From a virus (taxonomy: Duplodnaviria; Caudoviricetes): DNA of 64,000 nt. The stretch is from IMG/VR virus record IMGVR_UViG_3300013383_000024, positions 1-64,000 of that record. One strand, written 5' to 3'. Under the pieces are notes generated by a model, which saw nothing but the letters and a program-made list of their open reading frames with translations, was not told where the DNA came from and searched no databases. Positions 50,372 to 58,579 of this stretch are shown here, one piece after another (positions within the stretch are counted from its first letter, which is position 1; each line of letters opens with the position of its first letter). Both the position numbers and the translations under genes were made by a program.

Positions 50372-51607
50372 ATGAGCGAAACAGTATTAAAAACTGTCCT
50401 CCAGTTAAGGAGAGGCACAACCGCCGAATGGGTTGAGAATGCCGACTGCATTCCCGCCGAGGGCGAACCTTGCCTTGATCTTGATACTGGAATGATAAAG
50501 TATGGCGATGGTGTGAGCAAGTACAGCGAGTTGAAGTATGCTGGCGGCGGCTCTCAGGCATCGCACTATGAAGGTGTAAAGCAGGACAGCGAGGCTGACA
50601 CTGCTGTTATTGAGCGTGTTCTCACTGAGTTAGGTGCGACCGCACAGAAGGACGACATTTTTGTCGTCAAGGCTCTAATTACAGAAGGTAAGTATTCTTA
50701 TACCGCATACGTCTATGATGGCGCTGTTTGGGCTGCTATGGATGGCAACTATAGCGCGGAAAATGTCTACTTCTCCGAAGACCTTACATACACTGCTCCC
50801 ATTGGCGTTATGACCGTTCCCTCTTCGGGCTCCGGTACTATTGCCGCTACCGGCAAGAATGTAAAGGAAGTATTCGCTTCCATCCTTGCAAAAGAAAAGA
50901 ATCCTGCAGCAACTCCTCCTGCGGTTACTATAACTTGCGGCCAGGTCGGTGCATATGAGGTTGGCTCTAAGGTAACTCCTGCGTATAGCGCATCTCTTAG
51001 CGCAGGCAGCTATACTTACGGCCCGGCAACCGGCATTGTTGCTACTGCGTGGAGTGTAACCGACGGCACTACCACTAAGGACACCGCAAGCGGCACGTTT
51101 GATGAGCTGACTGTCGGCGACTCTACCAGCTATACGATTACCGCTACCGCAACTCATGGCGAGGGCGCTGTTCCTAAGACTAACCTTGGTAATGAGTATG
51201 CCGATGGTAAGATTGCTGCCGGTTCAAAGAGCAAGGCGACCGGCAAGATTACCGGCTATCGCAACAGCTTCTATGGCACTCTCAAAACTAAGGATGGCGA
51301 GGTTAATTCCGCTATGATTCGTGGCCTGTCCGGCAAGTCTGGCAAAGCACTCGCCAATGGCAGCACTTTTAATCTGTCTATCCCCGTTGGTGCTATCCGC
51401 GTAATGTTCGCATACCCTGCGACCCTGCGCGACGTAAGCTCTGTACAGGATATCAACGGCATGAGCGCCGAGGTTAAGACCGCATTTACTATGAGCGTAG
51501 TCTCCGTTGAGGGTGCAAACGGTTACAACGCAATCGACTATAAGGTGTATGTAATGGATATGGCTAATGCTAACGACACTGCAAATACCTACAAGGTTAC
51601 AATTTAA
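50372..51607 (+). CDS. Tail fibre protein with Mtd/hyaluronidase-type N-terminal anchor
   Basis: LRRGTTAEW..GE..KYGDG..L.Y. Confidence 0.7.
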   Translation: MSETVLKTVLQLRRGTTAEWVENADCIPAEGEPCLDLDTGMIKYGDGVSKYSELKYAGGGSQASHYEGVKQDSEADTAVIERVLTELGATAQKDDIFVVKALITEGKYSYTAYVYDGAVWAAMDGNYSAENVYFSEDLTYTAPIGVMTVPSSGSGTIAATGKNVKEVFASILAKEKNPAATPPAVTITCGQVGAYEVGSKVTPAYSASLSAGSYTYGPATGIVATAWSVTDGTTTKDTASGTFDELTVGDSTSYTITATATHGEGAVPKTNLGNEYADGKIAAGSKSKATGKITGYRNSFYGTLKTKDGEVNSAMIRGLSGKSGKALANGSTFNLSIPVGAIRVMFAYPATLRDVSSVQDINGMSAEVKTAFTMSVVSVEGANGYNAIDYKVYVMDMANANDTANTYKVTI

Positions 51608-51621
51608 AGGAGGTGCGAATT

Positions 51622-52896
51622 ATGGCTAATTTCGGTAAATTGAATTTCGCTGTCTCCTTTAATCCTGTAAGTGCATTTCCCATTGATGCAAGATATTATT
51701 TTGCTACACTGGCGGATGCACAGGCGGCAGCCGCTGCCGCCGTTGGAGTTGGCAGCTCTGACGGCGTATATTTTTACGGTGAAAACGTCTGCGTTGTCAC
51801 CGAATCTTCTGCTGATCTTTATATCATCCAGCCCGATAAGACACTTAAGGCTGTTGGCTCCGAGGTTCTTGGCGACGACAAATCAGTTGAGATCGTCGAT
51901 GGTAAGGTTACCCTTAAGGGCTTTGCAGATGCAACGGCTGGTCAGCAGCCTCGCGTAAGCACTGACGGTGCAAGCATCGAGTGGTATACTCCCGATACTT
52001 CTACGGTCTCCGGTCTTGCTGACACTGTCGCCGGTCATACTCAGGATATTTCAAACCTACAGACCGATAAGGCAGACAAGGCGACTACGCTTGAGGGTTA
52101 CGGCATTGCCGATGCACTGACCAAGGCTCAGACTGAGGCCGCTATTCAGGCAGCTATTGCTGGGACCGGACATGCTCAGTTCATAAAGGCCGAAGCTGTT
52201 CCTGCAAAGGAAGATGCTCAGGACAATGTTCTGTATCTTGTTATGAATGCAGGCACTGGCTTCTACGACATTTATGCCAAGGTCGACGGCGAGGTTGTCA
52301 GACTGGACGACACCAGTGTTAACCTTGCTGACTATGTGACCAATGAGGCTCTCACAGAGGCTCTTGGTGGTAAGGTTGATGTCGTTGATGGTTCTCGCCT
52401 TATGACTGACGTTGAGGGCGAGAAGCTCGCCGGTATCGCCGAGGGTGCCCAGGCCAATGTTATCGACGCTGTTTCTGAACAGTTTGAGATAGCTGACGGT
52501 AAAACTCTGAAACTTAAGACTGACGCGCTTACGCTGCCGATGGACAACATCGAAGGACTGCCCGCCGCACTGGCCGGTAAGGTTAACGCCGTAGAGGGCT
52601 CCCGCCTTATGACCACTGCTGAGGGCGAGAAGCTTGCGGCTCTTGTTGAGGGTGCGCAGCAGAATATCCTTGAGGTCATCAAGCTTAACGGCACAGCGCT
52701 TCCTATTGCTGAGAAATCCGTCAACATCCCCCTTGCGACCGCTGAGGCTCTCGGTGTTGTCAAGGGCACCCCTAATGATAACGGTATTGCTATCGCCGAG
52801 GATGGTACTATGACCGTTAATCGCATAAGTCTGAGCAAGCTCTATCAGGATGAAGGCGAGACGCTTATTCTTGATGGCGGCAGTGCTGCCAGATAA
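51622..52896 (+). CDS. Tail fibre protein with repeated EKLAGIAEGAQ.N motifs
   Basis: Internal repeats GKVDVVDGSRLMT/GKVNAVEGSRLMT; ends with LDGG; hairpin 52903-52928 follows. Confidence 0.7.
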   Translation: MANFGKLNFAVSFNPVSAFPIDARYYFATLADAQAAAAAAVGVGSSDGVYFYGENVCVVTESSADLYIIQPDKTLKAVGSEVLGDDKSVEIVDGKVTLKGFADATAGQQPRVSTDGASIEWYTPDTSTVSGLADTVAGHTQDISNLQTDKADKATTLEGYGIADALTKAQTEAAIQAAIAGTGHAQFIKAEAVPAKEDAQDNVLYLVMNAGTGFYDIYAKVDGEVVRLDDTSVNLADYVTNEALTEALGGKVDVVDGSRLMTDVEGEKLAGIAEGAQANVIDAVSEQFEIADGKTLKLKTDALTLPMDNIEGLPAALAGKVNAVEGSRLMTTAEGEKLAALVEGAQQNILEVIKLNGTALPIAEKSVNIPLATAEALGVVKGTPNDNGIAIAEDGTMTVNRISLSKLYQDEGETLILDGGSAAR

Positions 52897-52965
52897 GTGA
52901 CCAAGCGCACCTGTTTGGGTGCGCTTTTTACAACATAATTCTAATTACCATACGAGGTATTAATA

Positions 52966-54123
52966 ATGGCTAACGAAACTATTTTCAATACAAGGCTGAA
53001 GCTCAAATATGATACTTATGCCAACTGGACTACTGCAAATCCCAAGCTGCTTGAGGGTGAGATTGCCATAGTAGTTGTCCCCGCGCAGGCTGGTGCAGTT
53101 GTTCAGGAGCCTGCTGTTCTGTTCAAAGTTGGCGATGGCACTTCCCTGTTCAATACCCTCAGCTTCGCAGGCGGTCTCGCGGCTGACGTTCATGATTGGG
53201 CTAAAGCGGCAAGCAAGCCTGAGTATAAAGCGTCTGAGATTAGCGGTCTTGCTGAGTACGTCTCCGGCAAGGTACAGGATACCAACACCAAGTACAAGAT
53301 TGAGAAGGACGCCGAGAACGGTCGTAAGTTTACTCTGTCCTATCAGGAGCTCGGCGGCCAGTGGACTGTTCAGGACACCATCGAAATCCCCGAGACTGCT
53401 TACACTCTCGCCGAGGGTACCGAAGACGGTACTGTGAAGTTTAACGGCAACGACGTTAAGGTACATGGTCTTGGCACTGCGGCTTATAAGGACGCCGGTG
53501 CATTTGATGAAGCTGGCGCTGCGGCACAGGCTCTTCAGGATGCAAAGACTTATGCGGATGGTAAGGTTTACGACGATACCACACTGGCAGGCCGCGTATC
53601 CGCCAACGAGACTGCAATCGAGACCCTGAACGGCAGCAAAACGACCGAAGGTTCTGTTGCTTATCAGATCGCACAGATCGTTGCTGATGCTGATGCGAGC
53701 TACGACACTCTGAAGGAGATCGCAGACTGGATTAGCACTCATACCGGTGACGCTGCGACTATGAACTCCAACATTACCAACAATACCAATGCTATCAATA
53801 GTCTTAAGACTATCGTTGGTGATACTGCTGTTGCGACTCAGATTACAAATGCTATTGAACCGCTTGCAACCAAGGAGGCTCTCAAGGCTGTTTCCGACGG
53901 TCTTGGCGCACTCGCAGCTAAGGATAAAGTCGCAGAGGCCGATCTCGATACTGAACTGGCGGCTAAGCTTAACGGTAAGGTCGACTCTGCCAGCTGTGGG
54001 GATATCATCAGCCATAATGCTGATGAATTTGCTGTGACCGGTCATACCCACGATATCTCCGCCCTGACCCAAGAATCCGGCTATATCATCTTTAACTGTG
54101 GTTCTGCCACGACTGTAATCTAA
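52966..54123 (+). CDS. Tail fibre protein with Mtd-type N-terminal anchor
   Basis: LKYDTYANW..LLEGE..KVGDG..F..L; DTLKEIADWI; HTH.I motif. Confidence 0.7.
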   Translation: MANETIFNTRLKLKYDTYANWTTANPKLLEGEIAIVVVPAQAGAVVQEPAVLFKVGDGTSLFNTLSFAGGLAADVHDWAKAASKPEYKASEISGLAEYVSGKVQDTNTKYKIEKDAENGRKFTLSYQELGGQWTVQDTIEIPETAYTLAEGTEDGTVKFNGNDVKVHGLGTAAYKDAGAFDEAGAAAQALQDAKTYADGKVYDDTTLAGRVSANETAIETLNGSKTTEGSVAYQIAQIVADADASYDTLKEIADWISTHTGDAATMNSNITNNTNAINSLKTIVGDTAVATQITNAIEPLATKEALKAVSDGLGALAAKDKVAEADLDTELAAKLNGKVDSASCGDIISHNADEFAVTGHTHDISALTQESGYIIFNCGSATTVI

Positions 54124-54263
54124 CTCCGTTTTTGTCCCGAGTTCTATATAGGATTCGGGACATTCTTATGTAACGAATAATATATAAAATTCGTGACAAC
54201 TAATTAGAAGCAAACCCCGTCGTAGCAATACGGCGGGGTCTTGTCAGCATAAGGAGGTTATTC

Positions 54264-56132
54264 ATGGGCGACAAAATTTACAACGCACGAATTAAACATA
54301 AACGCGATACAAGCGCCAACTGGACTAGTTCCGATCCTGTCCTGTTGGATGGCGAAATAATCATAGTCGACACCGACAACGGTGTTCGGACAAAGACCGG
54401 AGACGGAGAAAAGAAATATACACAGCTACCATTCGACGACGAATTTATTAACGCAAAAATAGATCAGAAATTAGACAAATCCGGCGGTACTATGACCGGC
54501 GATATTGATATGAACGCCCATGATATTACGGGCGCTTCTAAAATTGATACTGGTACTGTACACGCCACGAGTCTCAAACTTAATGGAGTTTATATGGAGG
54601 CAAGCTCTGAAGGAGCTTCGACAGCCGAACGCAAAGTTACTATTACTGGCACTGCAAATGCAGATGACCCTGTAAGATTGGGTGGAGTGGAGACGCCGAC
54701 GGAGGATAATGATGTTGCTAACAAACTTTATGCGGATACAAGAGTTGTTCCTGAAGCTTATTTTGTTACCCTGTTATCTTCGGGCTGGACAGGCTCGTCT
54801 GCTCCTTACTCACAAACAGTTTCCGTCAGTGGAATTTTAGCAACGGATACGCCTTTTGTTATGCCGATCATCGGTAGTGCAAGTTCTACGGCGGTCTCGC
54901 AACAGCAAGCTTGGAACTTGGTAAGTGCGGCAGAGTCCATTGATGGTTCAATTATATTTACATGCTTTGAAGAGAAGCCTGAAACTGATATCCGCTTAAA
55001 AATAGAGGTAGCGCATTACGATTACAGTGTTGCGCAAAATGCTATTCCCAATTATATAGAAACTGCTGCCACTGAACTTGCGGGCAAAATAAATGCTGTG
55101 CAGCAAGATGATAGCATTACTTTTATTGCTGCGGCGGATGCACATCAGGACGTTTTTGATGCAAATACAGTAATCGGTAACAAGCATGCAGGGATGGCAA
55201 TGAAAACTCTCAGAGGGTTAGTCCCAAATATTGATTTTGCTTGTTTCCTTGGCGACTACACCGTTGATACCGGCACGACAACTCTTGCCGAGGGCAGGCA
55301 GCATTTTGCCGAGATAAACGCCGTACTCAAGGATGGCTTTGCCGATATCCCGCAGTTCAGAACTCCCGGCGAGTGCGACGGCCTGAAAGCCTCATGGCTG
55401 TACAACGAGGGAAGCCTGCAATCGGAGGAGATATACTCCTATGTCGGCAAATACAACGAGGGCGCGACCTACGGCAGCACCACAGAGGGCTACTGTTACC
55501 GCGACTTTACCGAGAAGAAGCTGCGCGTTTTCTGCCTGAACACCTCCGTGGGCGGACAGACTTTAGACACGATGGGCACGCCGCAGCTGCTGTGGTTTGC
55601 GCGTATGCTGCGTGCGGTCGGCATGAAGACCGGCTGGGGAGTGGTCGTCCTTTCGCACTATCCGCCGGATTTCACCGACAGCGAGCTTTCCGATGCGGCG
55701 AGCACGATCGGCTCGATACTCTATCAATATGTCACGGGCGGTTCGTTCGAGGTCGGCGGCATGACGATATCCTATAAAAACTGCAACAAGGCGAAGATAT
55801 ACGGCGTTTTCCACGGTCATACGCACAACTTCAAGGCTGCAAAAATAAGCTATGTTCAGGAATCAGGCAATACTGAGTTTGACGTTATGCGCATCGCAAC
55901 GCCGAACATGTGCTATTTCTACAATAACGAGCTCGGGCAAAACGAGGGCGCGGACGCATACGGTATCGAGTTTGGCGAGGAGACGACCTACGCGAAAACG
56001 CACGATACCGCAAACGACACATCCTTTGTCGTAAACGTCATAAACCCGACGGAGGGGAAGATACATTCCTTCTGCTACGGCGCGGGCTACGACCGCGAGA
56101 TAACTATCCCGACTGCAGGAACGGAGGCATAA
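54264..56132 (+). CDS. Tail fibre/spike: Mtd-type anchor plus C-terminal metallophosphoesterase-like domain
   Basis: HKRDTSANW..GDG; DAH, LGDY, PGECD, SHYP, HGHTH. Confidence 0.7.
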   Translation: MGDKIYNARIKHKRDTSANWTSSDPVLLDGEIIIVDTDNGVRTKTGDGEKKYTQLPFDDEFINAKIDQKLDKSGGTMTGDIDMNAHDITGASKIDTGTVHATSLKLNGVYMEASSEGASTAERKVTITGTANADDPVRLGGVETPTEDNDVANKLYADTRVVPEAYFVTLLSSGWTGSSAPYSQTVSVSGILATDTPFVMPIIGSASSTAVSQQQAWNLVSAAESIDGSIIFTCFEEKPETDIRLKIEVAHYDYSVAQNAIPNYIETAATELAGKINAVQQDDSITFIAAADAHQDVFDANTVIGNKHAGMAMKTLRGLVPNIDFACFLGDYTVDTGTTTLAEGRQHFAEINAVLKDGFADIPQFRTPGECDGLKASWLYNEGSLQSEEIYSYVGKYNEGATYGSTTEGYCYRDFTEKKLRVFCLNTSVGGQTLDTMGTPQLLWFARMLRAVGMKTGWGVVVLSHYPPDFTDSELSDAASTIGSILYQYVTGGSFEVGGMTISYKNCNKAKIYGVFHGHTHNFKAAKISYVQESGNTEFDVMRIATPNMCYFYNNELGQNEGADAYGIEFGEETTYAKTHDTANDTSFVVNVINPTEGKIHSFCYGAGYDREITIPTAGTEA

Positions 56133-56134
56133 CG

Positions 56135-56440
56135 ATGGCAACAGCATTTTTATGCGGGCAAACGACAAATAGCTACACTACTGACGAAAAAACTAAACTC
56201 GCAGGCATAGCAACGGGAGCTAACAAAACAGTTGTTGATAGCTCTTTGTCTGCGTCTTCAACTAATCCAGTACAGAACAAGGCTGTAAAAACAGCATTAG
56301 ATAATAAGCTTGACACTGCCGGAGGTACTATAAGCGGAAGGCTTGATTTGGATGGGAAAATTGTCTTATCCTCTGCGTCTTACGGCTCCTCTCTACCGTC
56401 TTCCGGCGTGACAGGTCAGGTGTTTTTCTTAAGGGCGTGA
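56135..56440 (+). CDS. Short tail-fibre-like protein
   Basis: EKTKLAGIA, STNPVQNK, GGTISG motifs. Confidence 0.65.
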   Translation: MATAFLCGQTTNSYTTDEKTKLAGIATGANKTVVDSSLSASSTNPVQNKAVKTALDNKLDTAGGTISGRLDLDGKIVLSSASYGSSLPSSGVTGQVFFLRA

Positions 56441-56450
56441 GGTGAAATAG

Positions 56451-57899
56451 ATGGCAACACCAGTCGTAGGTACACTAAACAGTATCACTCGCGAGCAGAT
56501 ATATAAAGGCTTATACAGCTCCGATCAAACTATAAAGTTTAGCGCCAGTCAATCTGGATATTTATACGTATATTCTCAAAGAGACCAAAAATGGTACAAG
56601 AAAACAACATCTAAATCAACTTCAGGTTCTATTATAATTGACAAGAATGCTTCTGCAACAAGTTTGGCTACGGGATACAGCTGTGCCTTAGTAACAAACG
56701 ATATTGGGAGCTATTATTCCGGCGGTCTAGACCCATATCGAATTGTCACCATTCCAACTTACGCCTTCCAAGGGTATGTTAATTCGTTTACTCCGACCGA
56801 AATAAACAGCTCGGATTATTCAACACCTACACCAAAAACCGCACCGAGCGGATATACTTTCTATGGATGGACAGGCAGTAGTTCGGTTGTCACCACTGTA
56901 GGTTGTCCAGCAGGAACGGCCTGGACAGACTCTACCCGTGGTGGCAAGTGGTTAGATGGCGGCATTTGGTATGCTGTATTTAAAAAACCCGGATCTACAA
57001 CTTCAGTCACCCTTAAATCGCAAGGCACGACTAAAACTGCCTCTAAAACAACGACCGATGCCTATATCGGTGGTGTAGGGACGACTACGTCCGGAGGTAC
57101 TACTTCATATACGAATAATACCGATCCGACCTATGGCAGCTACAGTTTTCAGGGCTGGGCTACAAGCTCTACATCGACCTCTACAACATACAGCACCGCA
57201 AAACAGGCATTAGATGCCGGATATACGGGAACTCTATATGCTGTATTTTATAAGAGTTTCCCGTCAAGCAGTGTTACACTGAACGCAAACGGAGGCAGTT
57301 GTTCTTATTCATCTGCCAGCAAATCAACAACCCCTGAATATCTTTACGGAACCAGCGGTACATCAGGGGGAGATGATAGCTACTACCCTTCCTTTTCTGT
57401 AATACCTAGTCGTAGTGGATACGAGTTCAAAGGGTGGTCAACCAGCCCTTCTGCTACATACGTGACTTACGGCAGCTCCATTACAGCATTGGACGCAGGT
57501 TATACTGGCACTCTCTACGCCGTTTGGGACGAAGAAACCTACACCGCTTATTTTAGTGCTAACGGAGGCAGCGGCTCTGTATCCAGCAGATCGGCAACTT
57601 ACGATTCCGCCTTTACATTCCCGTCGGGCGGCAGCTTGTATTTAGACGGGTATGAATTTCAAGGATGGTCAACGGACAGCAGTGGCTCAGGAATTATCTA
57701 CGGAGCCGGTGAAAGGTGGGTATGGTCGTGGACAGAAGATATGATATTTTATGCTGTGTGGGTAGAAGTACCAAGAGGGGTAAGAATTTTTACTTCTTCA
57801 ACATCGAGCGGCTTGTATTCCGTCTATATTTATAATGGTAGCTCATGGGTGCTCTACGCGCCATACGTCTATGATGGTGGTTGGAGGGAGATGGGATAG
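56451..57899 (+). CDS. Ser/Thr-rich protein with InlB B-repeat-like domains
   Basis: Repeated GY(T/E)F.GW..TLYA.W and ANGG motifs. Confidence 0.7.
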   Translation: MATPVVGTLNSITREQIYKGLYSSDQTIKFSASQSGYLYVYSQRDQKWYKKTTSKSTSGSIIIDKNASATSLATGYSCALVTNDIGSYYSGGLDPYRIVTIPTYAFQGYVNSFTPTEINSSDYSTPTPKTAPSGYTFYGWTGSSSVVTTVGCPAGTAWTDSTRGGKWLDGGIWYAVFKKPGSTTSVTLKSQGTTKTASKTTTDAYIGGVGTTTSGGTTSYTNNTDPTYGSYSFQGWATSSTSTSTTYSTAKQALDAGYTGTLYAVFYKSFPSSSVTLNANGGSCSYSSASKSTTPEYLYGTSGTSGGDDSYYPSFSVIPSRSGYEFKGWSTSPSATYVTYGSSITALDAGYTGTLYAVWDEETYTAYFSANGGSGSVSSRSATYDSAFTFPSGGSLYLDGYEFQGWSTDSSGSGIIYGAGERWVWSWTEDMIFYAVWVEVPRGVRIFTSSTSSGLYSVYIYNGSSWVLYAPYVYDGGWREMG

Positions 57900-57938
57900 T
57901 GTTGATAGCTCAACAAATTTTATATGAGGTGACGCAAT

Positions 57939-58310
57939 GTGAATAGTACCTATAATTCACGGATCATCACAAAAACCGATACATATGCTAATTGGACTGC
58001 TGCGAACCCCGTACTCCTTAACGGTGAGCTCGTCGCTGTAACCAACTGTAAATATAATGACGCAGATGACCTTGGAGTTCTTTTCAAATTCGGAGATGGA
58101 GTATCGAATTTCAACAGTCTCCCATTTATTAATGCAACGATAATTGATACGGTCTATCAATTAGTTCAACTTTACGGTGACCACGACACGGATATAAAGT
58201 CGCTGCAAACACAGGTGCAGAACTCAGTTGTCGTTTATGTTGGTTCAGGTACTCCAACCACAGAAATCGGTAATGATGGTGATTTGTATATAGATATCAG
58301 TTCGAGTTAA
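57939..58310 (+). CDS. Short Mtd-type anchor protein
   Basis: TKTDTYANW..LLNGE..KFGDG..FNSLPF. Confidence 0.65.
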   Translation: MNSTYNSRIITKTDTYANWTAANPVLLNGELVAVTNCKYNDADDLGVLFKFGDGVSNFNSLPFINATIIDTVYQLVQLYGDHDTDIKSLQTQVQNSVVVYVGSGTPTTEIGNDGDLYIDISSS

Positions 58311-58321
58311 AGGAGAATGCT

Positions 58322-58579
58322 ATGAGTGAAATAGATGTTCTAACATATAGAGATTTCTCCGCAGGCTATACTGCAGGAGACGGCATGGCGATACTCGATT
58401 CCGACACGACCGTGGACGAGCTTGTCAATTGGGTTTTCAGTGATAAGCCTCTGTGGTTCTACGACGGAGTCAAGTATCGCTTAATAATTCAATTCGAAGC
58501 AATTGAGAATGGCGGCATCATTTATTACTTCGATGATGAGGGCAATATAGTCAGTCATCAATTTGGTGGTGAGAGCTAA
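58322..58579 (+). CDS. Hypothetical protein
   Basis: RBS AAGGAG; coupled to the next gene. Confidence 0.6.
   Translation: MSEIDVLTYRDFSAGYTAGDGMAILDSDTTVDELVNWVFSDKPLWFYDGVKYRLIIQFEAIENGGIIYYFDDEGNIVSHQFGGES

Noticed and set aside
52960-54072. 370-aa minus-strand ORF and other long antisense ORFs (17770-18402, 23575-24390, 34107-34895, 61440-61997)
   Set aside because: Shadows of codon-biased plus-strand genes with no motifs or RBS
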